This document shows positions 41,658-54,323 of a stretch of 64,000 nucleotides of DNA, one piece after another. Location of the stretch: contig CAVSHO010000010.1 in the NCBI GenBank assembly GCA_963727825.1, positions 128,001 to 192,000 of the forward strand, in the 5' to 3' direction. A program made the translations under genes and the position numbers. How positions within the stretch are numbered: the first letter of the stretch is position 1; the number at the start of each line of letters is the position of its first letter. Below the pieces are notes generated by a model. That model was not told where the DNA came from. It saw nothing but the letters and a program-made list of their open reading frames with translations, and ran no database searches. Source of the stretch: Ignavibacteriota bacterium (GTDB taxonomy: Bacteria; Bacteroidota; Ignavibacteria; UBA10030).

Positions 41658-43025
41658 TTATTCCTTACTTTCATCTTCATCTTTAGCCAATCCGTAACGT
41701 TTCATTTTTGTGTAAAGATGGCTGCGCTGGATTTCCATAGCTTCAGCTGTTTTGGTAATGTTCCATTTGTGAATTTCCAATTGCTTTTTAATGAACGCTG
41801 CTTCGGCACGTTCTTTGAATTCCTGAAATGTTTCATTGATATCGAGTGATCCCAAATCCGTGTCACCAACATTTCCAAACGTATCGAGCACAGTAATGTC
41901 AATCGAATTACCGTGCGATAAAATGATCAGACGTTCGACTGCATTTTTCAATTCACGCACATTGCCAGGCCAATCGCGCTGAAGAAGAACATTAATCGCG
42001 CCACTGGATATTGCCTTACGCGCAATTCCGTTCCGTGAACAAACATCATCAATAAACGATTGAACGAGGATAGGAATATCATCTCGATGTTCCCGCAGAG
42101 CTGGTGCGTGAATAGGGATGACATTAAGCCGGTGAAAGAGATCATTACGAAAATTCCCTTTGCCAATTTCCTCATCCAATTTTTTATTAGTTGCCGAAAG
42201 AACACGAACATCAACAGAAATGAGTTTGCTGCCGCCAACGCGCTCGATCTTTCCTTCTTCCAATGCACGCAGAACTTTCGCTTGCGCCTGCAAACTCATG
42301 TCGCCAATTTCGTCAAGGAACAGCGTTCCACCGTCCGCCTGTTCGAACTTGCCAATTCGTTGTGCTATTGCTCCTGTAAAGGAACCTTTTTCGTGACCGA
42401 ACAATTCTGATTCAATCATTTCAGAAGGAATCGCCGCACAGTTAACTTCCACGAACGATTTCGTATTGCGCTTGCTGGCACGATGAATAGCGTGCGCGAT
42501 TAGTTCTTTCCCTGTTCCATTTTCACCTGTGATCAACACGCGAGCATCCGTAGGCGCTACCTGATTGATAACGGCAAGTATCTCTTTAATCTTCTCTCCC
42601 TCGCCAATAATACGCCGCTTACCTTCAACACTTTCCTGCAACCTCTCGTAGTCTTCTGAAAGCTTTGCCTGTTGTATCGCATTGCGAATGGTAATAAGAA
42701 GTTTATTGCGGTCAAGTGGTTTGGAAAGAAAATCGAACGCACCGAGCTTTGTCGCTTCTACAGCCGTTTCAATAGTCCCGTGGCCGGAAATCATTACCAC
42801 CGGCAGTTTTCCACTCTTCTGTCGAATCTTTGTCAATACTTCGATACCGTCCATGCCGGACATTTTCACGTCAAGCAAAACAACATCAACCGGCAAGCGG
42901 TCAATTTTCTGCAACCCTTGTTCACCGTTCTCAGCAAACTCAACTTCGTAACGATCGTATTCAAGAATCATTTTGAGCGATTCACGAACAGATTTGTCAT
43001 CGTCAACAATAAGAATAGTTTTCAT
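41658..43025 (-). CDS. sigma54-dependent response regulator (NtrC/NtrX family)
   Basis: REC domain, GENGTGKE, ESELFGHEKGSFTGA, WPGNVREL and Fis-type HTH. Confidence 0.93.
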   Translation of the reverse strand: MKTILIVDDDKSVRESLKMILEYDRYEVEFAENGEQGLQKIDRLPVDVVLLDVKMSGMDGIEVLTKIRQKSGKLPVVMISGHGTIETAVEATKLGAFDFLSKPLDRNKLLITIRNAIQQAKLSEDYERLQESVEGKRRIIGEGEKIKEILAVINQVAPTDARVLITGENGTGKELIAHAIHRASKRNTKSFVEVNCAAIPSEMIESELFGHEKGSFTGAIAQRIGKFEQADGGTLFLDEIGDMSLQAQAKVLRALEEGKIERVGGSKLISVDVRVLSATNKKLDEEIGKGNFRNDLFHRLNVIPIHAPALREHRDDIPILVQSFIDDVCSRNGIARKAISSGAINVLLQRDWPGNVRELKNAVERLIILSHGNSIDITVLDTFGNVGDTDLGSLDINETFQEFKERAEAAFIKKQLEIHKWNITKTAEAMEIQRSHLYTKMKRYGLAKDEDESKE

Positions 43026-43075
43026 TTGATTTATCGACAATTAGATTCCTGTGTTCAATGGAATAAGTCTATTAT

Positions 43076-43840
43076 CTATTTACTGTCTTCATACGGAAAA
43101 GTCAAGTAATCAGATGGAAGTAATGTCTTCACTACCAATAGATCGCGGCCAAAACTTTTGCCTTGTTTATTTGCGCGTTTATCACGCGGGTCATCTGTGC
43201 CTCCAACAATGAATTTTGCTTCTGACCACTCAATAAAGTCTCCTGTTGCATGCGTCAACCCTGGCGACTCAGATGCGAACGCAAGATATGCCGAACCAAA
43301 AAAATGTTGAAGCTTATCCTTATCTCCGTAGGAACCCGGCGGTGTATCAGGATATACTTGAATAGGAAGATTTTTTATACGGGCAGAGAAAATACTGTCA
43401 TCTTCAAATGTCAGCGGCAATGCAAGTGAATTGAAGATTGGCATTTTGACATCAACCTTTCGATGTTCAAGCACAGCCATAAAAGAAAGGAAAAGTGCAC
43501 GCGCAATATTATAATCTGCAATCTTTAGCGATTTTAAATAGATAGCATCGATAGCGCGGATATCGCCGCACCAACTGCGTAAAATTTGAAACCGTCCATC
43601 ACGAATATAGTCCCTGAGGCTCTTAATATCCAGTATAATTTGCGGCGTAAAAAGGTCTGATATAAATGTTCCAAAAGAAAATCCTTTATTATTCGCTTCA
43701 TCAAAGTCCCAAGAAATGCCGTCGGTATTTTTTTTGTCATCACATTGTGCACGCACTTCAAGAATCAAAATCTGAGAAAAGACACAAAAGAACAATACTA
43801 TCAATTCAAGGTGGGATATTTTGCGCTTCGAGAAATTCAT
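43076..43840 (-). CDS. Secreted hypothetical protein
   Basis: 254-aa ORF in operon context with a signal-peptide-like N-terminus; DKLQHFF and DKRANKQG motifs. Confidence 0.7.
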   Translation of the reverse strand: MNFSKRKISHLELIVLFFCVFSQILILEVRAQCDDKKNTDGISWDFDEANNKGFSFGTFISDLFTPQIILDIKSLRDYIRDGRFQILRSWCGDIRAIDAIYLKSLKIADYNIARALFLSFMAVLEHRKVDVKMPIFNSLALPLTFEDDSIFSARIKNLPIQVYPDTPPGSYGDKDKLQHFFGSAYLAFASESPGLTHATGDFIEWSEAKFIVGGTDDPRDKRANKQGKSFGRDLLVVKTLLPSDYLTFPYEDSK

Positions 43841-43939
43841 TTTTCACTTCGGTGTTATGTGAAAATTGCAATTCGTAATTTCAGAAGTCGTAAGAATATT
43901 TTTGAGAACAATTCCAAATGACGCAACACTTTATTGATT

Positions 43940-44872
43940 TTACTTGCCTTTGGAAAATTCCTTTTTGAAGTATTCCGCCGTTGATCGCAAGCCTTCTTCT
44001 AATTGCACGGTAGGTTTCCAGCCAAGTTCACCCTCAATTTTCTTAGAACTAATCACACTGCGTTGCTGCTCACCCTCTTTTGCCGGAGCGTGTCGTTCTG
44101 GACAGGATGGATTAAGATGGGTTCGCAAATTGAGGAAAAGATTATTGACATCAGTCTCAATGCCTGTACCTATATTAAAGATATTTGATCTATCATATTT
44201 AAGAGCCAATAAATTTGCTTTCACAATATCACTAACAAACGTATAATCGCGCGTTTGTTTACCATCGCCATTAATGACGGGTTGTTCACTTTTCAGCATT
44301 TTATTGCAGAAAATGGCGACAACACCGGCTTCGCCATGCGGATTCTGGCGCGGCCCATAGACATTAGCATAGCGAAGAATAACATGGTTAATTCCATAAA
44401 CGGCTTTATAGAAGAAAAGATATTTTTCTGTACAAAGTTTCGTGATGCCATACGGAGAAAGGGGGCGAGTGGGATGTTCTTCATCAGCGGGAAAATAATC
44501 TTGTTCACCATAAATTGCACCGCCGGTGGAAGAAAAGATAATTTTCTTCGCTCGATGCCGTCTTGCAGACTCAAAAATATTTAATCCGCCAAGGACATTG
44601 ACAGAAGCGTCGAATTTCGGATCGGCAACCGACCGGCGCACATCCATTTGTGCAGCCAAATGATTCACTACATCTATTTTTTCTTTTTGAAATACGTCTT
44701 CTAGTTTTTCGCTTCGTATATCGAGTTTATAGAATTTCGCTCTCTTGTTTATATTCTCTAAAAAACCTCCTGACAAATTATCGACGACAATAACGTTATG
44801 GCCTTCAGCGATATACGCATCTGTTATGTGAGATCCGATAAATCCAGCACCGCCTGTTACAAGAATATTCAA
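43940..44872 (-). CDS. NAD-dependent epimerase/dehydratase (UDP-glucose 4-epimerase-like)
   Basis: TGGAGFIGS, HLAAQMDV, YGITK and NVYGPRQNPHGEAGVV. Confidence 0.92.
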   Translation of the reverse strand: MNILVTGGAGFIGSHITDAYIAEGHNVIVVDNLSGGFLENINKRAKFYKLDIRSEKLEDVFQKEKIDVVNHLAAQMDVRRSVADPKFDASVNVLGGLNIFESARRHRAKKIIFSSTGGAIYGEQDYFPADEEHPTRPLSPYGITKLCTEKYLFFYKAVYGINHVILRYANVYGPRQNPHGEAGVVAIFCNKMLKSEQPVINGDGKQTRDYTFVSDIVKANLLALKYDRSNIFNIGTGIETDVNNLFLNLRTHLNPSCPERHAPAKEGEQQRSVISSKKIEGELGWKPTVQLEEGLRSTAEYFKKEFSKGK

Positions 44873-44892
44873 ATTATCTCCTATGGATTTTT

Positions 44893-46188
44893 CTATTTTC
44901 TAGTTAAATGCCCCAGCGCTTTCTTGCCGATATCACTACGGTAATAGGCACCATCAAACGTAATCTTTTCCACTGCACGATACGCGTTTTGGATCGTCTG
45001 CTCCAGTTCATTATTAAAACCGATTGCCGTCACTCCGAGCACACGCCCACCGGAAGTAACTATTGAATTTCCTTCTGACTTTGTGCCAGCGTGAAACACT
45101 ACAACGCCATCTTCTGCCTTGATGTTTTCCAATCCAAAAATCTGTTTACCGATTTGATATTCATCCGGATAGCCATGCGATGCTATTACCACGCTTACAG
45201 CTGTCGCCGAATGCTGCCTTACTTTCGATGAATCAAACCGACGTTCTGTAATGGCTAGGAATATTTCCGCTAAATCACCATCGATGAGTGGAACAACAAC
45301 CTGCGTTTCCGGATCACCGAACCGGCAATTGTATTCCAACACTTTAGGTCCATCTGGTGTTATCATTAATCCAATATATAGACAGCCACGGTATGGCATG
45401 CCTTCTTGTTTCATGCCATTGAGCGTCGGCTGAACTACAGCGGGTATAATGCATTGAAGAAGTTCATCGGTCACAATATGCGCTGGGGCGTATGCTCCCA
45501 TACCGCCGGTATTTTTTCCGAGATCGCCATCAAGAATACATTTATGATCTTGCGCTGAAGCGAGAATTGCAAACTGCTCGCCGTCAGTCAGGACAAACAG
45601 CGATGCCTCTTCACCATTCAAAAATTCTTCAATTACAATTCTATCACCCGCAGAACCAAAAGCTTTGTTTAAAATAATATCATCCAACGCAAGATTGGCT
45701 TCCTGCCTGCTTTTACAAATGAGTACGCCTTTTCCTGCCGCAAGGCCGTCCGCCTTTACAACCATCGGTGGCTCAATTATATTGATATATTTCTTTGCTT
45801 CGTCGATCGCAGTTGCTACAAAGGTCCGATATTGAGCAGTTGGAATGTGATTCCGCAACATAAAATTTTTTGAAAAGACTTTGCTACCTTCCAATTGGGC
45901 AGCAGCTTTACTTGGACCAAAAATTTTAAACCCGCGTTCTTCGAAGGCATCAACTATTCCATCGACAAGCGGTTGTTCGGAGCCAACAACTGTTAGATCT
46001 ATCTTTTCTTCCTTCGCAAACTTAAGTAACCCTTTGATGTCGGTCGGCTTCAAAGCAATGCATTTGGCAAGATACTCGATACCGGCATTCCCAGGTGCAC
46101 AAAAGATTGTCTTCACTTGAGGGCTCTGACGGAGTTTCCAAACAAGAGCATGTTCTCTTCCACCAGAACCAATGACGAGAATATTCAC
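44893..46188 (-). CDS. purD: Phosphoribosylamine--glycine ligase
   Basis: GSGGREHAL, KADGLAAGKGV, NTGGMGAY and EYNCRFGDPE. Confidence 0.98.
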   Translation of the reverse strand: MNILVIGSGGREHALVWKLRQSPQVKTIFCAPGNAGIEYLAKCIALKPTDIKGLLKFAKEEKIDLTVVGSEQPLVDGIVDAFEERGFKIFGPSKAAAQLEGSKVFSKNFMLRNHIPTAQYRTFVATAIDEAKKYINIIEPPMVVKADGLAAGKGVLICKSRQEANLALDDIILNKAFGSAGDRIVIEEFLNGEEASLFVLTDGEQFAILASAQDHKCILDGDLGKNTGGMGAYAPAHIVTDELLQCIIPAVVQPTLNGMKQEGMPYRGCLYIGLMITPDGPKVLEYNCRFGDPETQVVVPLIDGDLAEIFLAITERRFDSSKVRQHSATAVSVVIASHGYPDEYQIGKQIFGLENIKAEDGVVVFHAGTKSEGNSIVTSGGRVLGVTAIGFNNELEQTIQNAYRAVEKITFDGAYYRSDIGKKALGHLTRK

Positions 46189-47507
46189 GCTTGCCCCACC
46201 TTCACTTTCACAAATCCGGCACGATCATAATTCATCAACGATTCGAATTGTTTCGCCAATTCAGCTGTGAGGGTTAATCGATTGAATTTTGCCATAAACG
46301 ATTCCTGAACACGTTCCAATTTTTTTAGCTCGAACCGTTTAAACTGTTCGAGAATTGCAAGCTCGTGCGCCGCAACATCTTTCAGCGGAACACAAATCGC
46401 CGCACCACTTTCTTTGATGATCTGCTTGGTATATCCATCTACAAGCGAGGCGATCAGAGGTTTCCGCGAACCAAAATACTCATATAACTTGCCGGGCGTC
46501 TGAAAATCGTTATCAATAACGAACCATAGCACATCAGATTCGACTAAATGTTTTATACATTCCCTGTGCGGTAGATACCCCAGAAAGTGAACAGCATTCT
46601 GTAAATCTAATTTTTTCACTAACTGCCGATCTTCTTCGCGCGCGTTGCCAACGAAGTGTGCTTCGATACGTCCGCGAATTTTGGGATTCGATTGTAAAAC
46701 ATTTGCGAGTGCATGAAGCAAGGTTACCGGATTTCTTTCGGCATAAAATGTCCCCGCGTGAGTAATTTTCATTTTTACAGGCTTAATGTGTTTCTCTACA
46801 TTTGTTGGTGGAAAATCTTCAGCATCAAATCCCTGAGAAATAATAATTACTTCTTTGTAATCCACAGTTTTATGACGACGCAGAATACTTTCCTTTACCC
46901 GTCGGTGTGTTACGATTACTTTATCCGCCGCTTTTAATACGCGTTTTTCTAAATGTGCATGCCACATGCGGTGCAAAGGTGTTGGAAAATACTTGAACGG
47001 ATAATCGAGCCAAGCATCTCTATAATCCACTACAAGAGGAATTTCAAACTTGCGTTTCAGTGCTGCACCTATAAGAAAATCAGTTTGCGGAGGAGCAGTC
47101 GCAAATAATAGATCGAATCGTTCGCGTTCGATCAATTCTGATGCAACCTTCACAGCTGTAGATTTCCACCCAATTTTTGTATCCGGGATAAAAAATAAAT
47201 CTCCAAAGAATTGCAGTATCTTCCGTATCCGTTCGGAAGGCATCTTTATTACACCTTGCTTTTTTAGCAAGCGATTAACATCATAAGAAGATGTGCGAAC
47301 AATCTTTACACCAGCTTCCTCGGCTTCTTTCAATAATGTGTCATCAAATGCATAATAACCAGTCGGTTCCACTGTAAGCACTGTTGGTTTCCAACCGTAT
47401 TTTGGAAGAAACTTAGCAAACTTTACCGTTCTCTGCACACCACTTAATCCCATAGGAGGAAAATAATATGCAATGATTAAAACCTTTCTAAATCCGTCAT
47501 CCGCCAT
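46185..47507 (-). CDS. Glycosyltransferase family 4 protein
   Basis: IIAYYFPP..SGVQR..KF.K.L, VVDYRDAW and PGKLYEY. Confidence 0.85.
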   Translation of the reverse strand: MADDGFRKVLIIAYYFPPMGLSGVQRTVKFAKFLPKYGWKPTVLTVEPTGYYAFDDTLLKEAEEAGVKIVRTSSYDVNRLLKKQGVIKMPSERIRKILQFFGDLFFIPDTKIGWKSTAVKVASELIERERFDLLFATAPPQTDFLIGAALKRKFEIPLVVDYRDAWLDYPFKYFPTPLHRMWHAHLEKRVLKAADKVIVTHRRVKESILRRHKTVDYKEVIIISQGFDAEDFPPTNVEKHIKPVKMKITHAGTFYAERNPVTLLHALANVLQSNPKIRGRIEAHFVGNAREEDRQLVKKLDLQNAVHFLGYLPHRECIKHLVESDVLWFVIDNDFQTPGKLYEYFGSRKPLIASLVDGYTKQIIKESGAAICVPLKDVAAHELAILEQFKRFELKKLERVQESFMAKFNRLTLTAELAKQFESLMNYDRAGFVKVKVGQA

Positions 47508-47510
47508 AAA

Positions 47511-50070
<2,560 letters not shown>

Positions 50071-50136
50071 TTAATGAAGAATAAAGTTTTTAAAAATTAG
50101 TCAATAATCGATGCAAAAGCAAGAATGAGATTCTGG

Positions 50137-50240
50137 AAGAAAAGGATAGAGCCAGTATCTCGATCGACACCACCACGCGCAATCGATTGCTGGCTCTATA
50201 TAAGAAGGAGATTTGGGAAAACTATCTTCATTCCCAATTT
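50137..50240 (-). ncRNA. Candidate small RNA (two hairpins, anti-SD linker, U-rich tail)
   Basis: Upstream GCAAC-17-CGTA motif, TTGGGAA/TTCCCAA hairpin, TCTCCTTC linker, long TAGAGCCAG...CTGGCTCTA hairpin, then CCTTTTCTT. Confidence 0.4.
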
Positions 50241-50300
50241 GATGATACGATGATGCTTATAAAAATGTTGCAGGCAAATAGAAATAGAATGCGAATGTAA

Positions 50301-51674
50301 TTACGGTTCTAGAGAATCTAAATGCGGTACTATAATTTTATATCGCTTGATTTTTAGGTAGAGTGTCTTCGGTGTAATCCCCAATGTCGCTGCAGTCTTT
50401 ACACGATTCCATCGGAAATGTTTCAAGGTGCGTTCGATGTATAATTTTTCAAGTTCATCCATCTTAATGAGTTTGTCTTCGGTAGGCAATTGAGCAGGAG
50501 CAGCCGTTGCAGATGGTGATGCACTCAATGCGACATTCATCCATAAATCCTTAGGTTCTACAACATCACTGTGACTGAGAGCAACAGCGCCTTCAATTAC
50601 ATGTTCAAGTTCGCGTACATTACCAGGCCAATCGTAATTTCTAAGCACTTGAAATGCATCCGGGCTGAGGTGTTTCGTTTTTGTTTTTCGCGAAAGAAAA
50701 TTCTCTACAAGAAGCGGAATATCTTCTTTTCGTTCGTTCAAATTTGGCAGGCGAAGACTGACAACATTTAACCTGTACAGTAAATCTTCCCGGAAACGGG
50801 TTGCTTTTACTTCTTCCTGTAAATTTTTATTTGTTGCTGAGATTACACGAACATCAACCATTCTTGTGTTAGTGCCGCCAACTCTCCGAAACTCACCTGT
50901 TTCCAAAAAGCGAAGAAGTTTGGGCTGAGTTGTGATGCTGATATCGCCTACTTCATCCAAGAATAGCGTGCCGCCGTCAGCAACCTCGACAAGGCCTTGC
51001 TTCGTTTTAACGGCACTTGTGAATGATCCTTTTTCGTGTCCGAATAATTCACTCTCTAATAACTGATCAGGCATTGCAGCACAATTGACAGCAATAAAAG
51101 GTTGATCCCTGCGTGTACTATGTTGGTGAATAAGCCGCGCAAAGAGTTCCTTACCAGTACCACTTGCCCCTTGAATCAACACAAATGCTTCGCTTGATGC
51201 TAATTTAATTGCTTTGCTGACTATGTCTTTGAATATCTGGCATTCACCAATTAGTTCAACCGGTCGTTCAAGCTGGTTCACTTCCTTGTCTATTAGCAGC
51301 TGTTTGTGTTCAAGTGCACGGCGAACTGTAGCTAAAAGTTCATCTGGTTCATACGGTTTGCTGACGAAGTCGTATGCACCTAATTTTGTCGTCTCAATTG
51401 CTGTTTTAACATCAACAACATTCGTCAGTATTATTACTTGCGTTGTCGGAGAATGGTCCTTAATATATTTGAGAACTTCAACTCCGCCAATGCGCGGCAT
51501 CTTTACGTCAAGCAGCACGACGTCATAGACTTTTGATTGGATCAAATTGATTGCATCCGAACCGCTTAATGCAGTATCAACTTCAAACTCTGGTAAATCT
51601 TCAAGTTCGGTTTTAACGAGATAGGTTATGGATTCTTCGTCGTCTACAACAAGAACCCGATACTTTTTGGACAT
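50301..51674 (-). CDS. sigma54-dependent response regulator (NtrC/AtoC family)
   Basis: REC domain, GASGTGKE, ESELFGHEKGSFTSA, WPGNVREL and HTH. Confidence 0.92.
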   Translation of the reverse strand: MSKKYRVLVVDDEESITYLVKTELEDLPEFEVDTALSGSDAINLIQSKVYDVVLLDVKMPRIGGVEVLKYIKDHSPTTQVIILTNVVDVKTAIETTKLGAYDFVSKPYEPDELLATVRRALEHKQLLIDKEVNQLERPVELIGECQIFKDIVSKAIKLASSEAFVLIQGASGTGKELFARLIHQHSTRRDQPFIAVNCAAMPDQLLESELFGHEKGSFTSAVKTKQGLVEVADGGTLFLDEVGDISITTQPKLLRFLETGEFRRVGGTNTRMVDVRVISATNKNLQEEVKATRFREDLLYRLNVVSLRLPNLNERKEDIPLLVENFLSRKTKTKHLSPDAFQVLRNYDWPGNVRELEHVIEGAVALSHSDVVEPKDLWMNVALSASPSATAAPAQLPTEDKLIKMDELEKLYIERTLKHFRWNRVKTAATLGITPKTLYLKIKRYKIIVPHLDSLEP

Positions 51675-51698
51675 GTCGGCAGGTCTCCCTTGCCGGAT

Positions 51699-52070
51699 TT
51701 ATGCACTCGTAAGGACTCTTTCGACTGTGGTCAACAGATCGACGAGGTCGTATGGCTTACTAACAAAATCTTCCGCGCCGAGCTTCTTTGACTCGATAGC
51801 ATTTTTAAGGTCGGCAAAACCTGTCAACATTACCACTTTCGTCTTCGGCCAGCGGTCTTTTACAAACTTTAACACTTCAAATCCATCTACATTGGGCATC
51901 TTAATATCTAATAGAATGAGATCAAATTCATTGGTTGTTAAAACATCAATCGCTGTTTGTCCATCAACAGCACTGGAAACTTGATACCCTTCGCCTTCTA
52001 ATTCAGTGCTAAGAACAACGCGAAGTGCTTCTTCATCATCAACAACTAAAATTTTATTTTTTACTGGCAT
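51699..52070 (-). CDS. Single-domain response regulator
   Basis: KILVVDDE, LLDIKMP, MLTG and SKP; GAGG RBS before the ATG at 52070. Confidence 0.92.
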   Translation of the reverse strand: MPVKNKILVVDDEEALRVVLSTELEGEGYQVSSAVDGQTAIDVLTTNEFDLILLDIKMPNVDGFEVLKFVKDRWPKTKVVMLTGFADLKNAIESKKLGAEDFVSKPYDLVDLLTTVERVLTSA

Positions 52071-52291
52071 AGAGCATCTCCTCGCAGAATGTCTGTTTTC
52101 ATCTTTGAAACAGTACATTTAAGAATTCTTAACAGGTATTTACGATTGTGATAATATGAAGAATACTTATAAAAAGCAAACAATTCTACAAGAAAGCTCT
52201 CATCGATTTAAATCTCAAAATATTTCAGCCACAAGTATTAAAGAATAAATCTGTCGTTGAATGTTATATGAACTTATGGTACTATTAATGT

Positions 52292-52987
52292 ATGGAAACC
52301 ATCGATCTTAATAAGTTAAAACCTATTCGTGTTCTTCTCGTGGATGATGACGTCACATTTGCTAAATTGGTTCAAGTTATCCTTAAACGTTTCCAACAAC
52401 GCGCATTTATTACTATTTGGAAGGATTCTATTGAAGGTGCACTTGCCGAAATTGCTCAGAACCAAGAGATAGATGTGATTCTCATGGATTACTACTTTCC
52501 AACATCGAACGGTTTGGAGTTCTGTCTGCAATTGGATCAGATGGAACGTTTCATCCCAATCATTTTTCTAACTGGCTTTCATGATTTCAAACTTGCAGTT
52601 GAGGCGATGAAACTCGGTGTCGAAGATTTTTTGCTGAAAGACGATCTAAAGGAGGTATATCTGCCTCGAACAATTCTCAGTATTCTTGAGCGCGTTGATC
52701 TACGGAAGCACAAACAGGCGATTGAAAAAAGATTAGCGCTGGCTGAAAATCGCGCTCAAGCCATCCGTGAATTAGTCGTCACCGTGTGTCATGAATTCAA
52801 TAATCCGCTTGCAGCAGTTAAAATAAGTTTTGATCTCCTGCAACGTCAAAATTTGGAAACAGTAAAGCCGGAAGTGATGAAAACGTTTGAGAACCGCTTT
52901 AATACAATAGATTCAGAGATTAAGCGATTACGTGATTTAAATTTTGAAAAAATAGATTTCCACAGCAATTATTCTAATGACGTTTGA
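52292..52987 (+). CDS. Response regulator with C-terminal HisKA-like dimerisation helix pair (no ATPase domain)
   Basis: VLLVDDD, LMDYYFP, FLTG and LLK, then VTVCHEFNNPLAAV H-box; ends at 231 aa. Confidence 0.85.
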   Translation: METIDLNKLKPIRVLLVDDDVTFAKLVQVILKRFQQRAFITIWKDSIEGALAEIAQNQEIDVILMDYYFPTSNGLEFCLQLDQMERFIPIIFLTGFHDFKLAVEAMKLGVEDFLLKDDLKEVYLPRTILSILERVDLRKHKQAIEKRLALAENRAQAIRELVVTVCHEFNNPLAAVKISFDLLQRQNLETVKPEVMKTFENRFNTIDSEIKRLRDLNFEKIDFHSNYSNDV

Positions 52988-53000
52988 CAGGCCGTATATC

Positions 53001-53029
53001 TTGCATCTCTGTCTTTTTTTTGTTATTAT
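53001..53029 (+). promoter_or_regulatory. sigma70 promoter with extended -10
   Basis: TTGCAT-17 bp-TATTAT with TG at -15/-14. Confidence 0.6.
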
Positions 53030-53145
53030 TTTATAGTGATAGTGTAAAATGAATTCCTTTAAATAGTTGTATAGCAAATTAAGATGCCTGTAAAAAAGAA
53101 ATTAATAATCGATAAAATTACACTTCAAAAAACTTAGAGATTTAC

Positions 53146-53180
53146 AAAGTGTCCCGCCCAACCAGCGGGACACTTTTTTT
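53146..53180 (+). terminator. Intrinsic terminator immediately before the nif3-like start codon
   Basis: AAAGTGTCCCGC-CCAACCA-GCGGGACACTTT followed by TTTT. Confidence 0.8.
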
Positions 53181-53182
53181 AT

Positions 53183-54295
53183 ATGAGCCTGCGTGTAATA
53201 AATATTATCCAGTTGTTTGAAAATTGGGCGCCAAAATGGACTGCTTGGGAAAAGGATAATGTCGGGTTGCAAGTCGGCGACAAGCAAAACAAAGTTGCAA
53301 AAGTTCTAGTAACACTCGACGTCACCAAACAAATCGTTAGCGAAGCAATCGATCAAAAGGTGGATCTCATTGTCTCGCATCATCCGCTGCTTTTCCGACC
53401 AACATCTGCAATTATCGCAAACGATCCCGTTGGTGAATTAGTCTTGCGACTTGCAGAGCACAGGATTGCCCTTTTTTCAGCTCACACTAATTTAGATTTT
53501 ACGCAAGGTGGTGTCAGCTTTACGTTAGCCAAAACACTCGGATTAAAAAACATTCGATTCCTTGCACCATTAAAAAAGTCTCTGGCAAAGATTATTGTGT
53601 TCGTTCCCGAGGTGCATGTGGAACGCACGATACATGCAATGACGCAAGCAGGCGCAGGAATTATAGGCAAGTATTCGTCTTGTTCTTTCGGTGCGAAAGG
53701 AACAGGAAGTTTTTACGGTTCAACAGAATCTAATCCGTTTTTAGGAAAACGTGGAAATCTTGAGTTTGTTGGGGAGATACGGCTTGAGATGATTGCACCT
53801 CGTGCAATCATACCCGATGTCATTGCCGCTTTGAAAGCTGTTCATCCGTACGAAGAACCGGCATACGATATTTATTTTATTGAAAATGCAAACCCAAACT
53901 TCGGAATGGGCGCTCTCGGTAAATTATCAAAACTTCAGCCGCTTGGATTCTTTTTAAAGTCCTTGAAACGAACACTTGGTGTAGAAGCGTTGCGTTATAC
54001 CGGCAGTTTAGCACATAAAATCCAGAACATCGCAGTTTGCGGCGGAGCTGGAAGCGAACTTTTACCTGACGCTATCGCGGCGAAAGCAGATGTTTTTGTT
54101 ACTGCAGACGTTAAATATCATGCGTTTCAAAAAGCATACGAAACCATCGCTCTTATCGATGCCGGCCATTGGGAAACTGAACAGATCATTTTAAGACCCA
54201 TTGCAGTTCGACTTCGATCTGCTGCCAAGGCGGCACACGAACCATTGGATGTATTCATTACAAAGCATAAAACGAACCCGATTAAAATAATATAA
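53183..54295 (+). CDS. Nif3-like dinuclear metal centre protein (YqfO type with PII-like insert)
   Basis: WEKDNVGLQVG, SHHPLLF, HTNLD, HPYEEPAYD, CGGAG and AGHWETE. Confidence 0.94.
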   Translation: MSLRVINIIQLFENWAPKWTAWEKDNVGLQVGDKQNKVAKVLVTLDVTKQIVSEAIDQKVDLIVSHHPLLFRPTSAIIANDPVGELVLRLAEHRIALFSAHTNLDFTQGGVSFTLAKTLGLKNIRFLAPLKKSLAKIIVFVPEVHVERTIHAMTQAGAGIIGKYSSCSFGAKGTGSFYGSTESNPFLGKRGNLEFVGEIRLEMIAPRAIIPDVIAALKAVHPYEEPAYDIYFIENANPNFGMGALGKLSKLQPLGFFLKSLKRTLGVEALRYTGSLAHKIQNIAVCGGAGSELLPDAIAAKADVFVTADVKYHAFQKAYETIALIDAGHWETEQIILRPIAVRLRSAAKAAHEPLDVFITKHKTNPIKII

Positions 54296-54323
54296 GTTGT
54301 TTTATCATAGAGAGGAGCAACAG

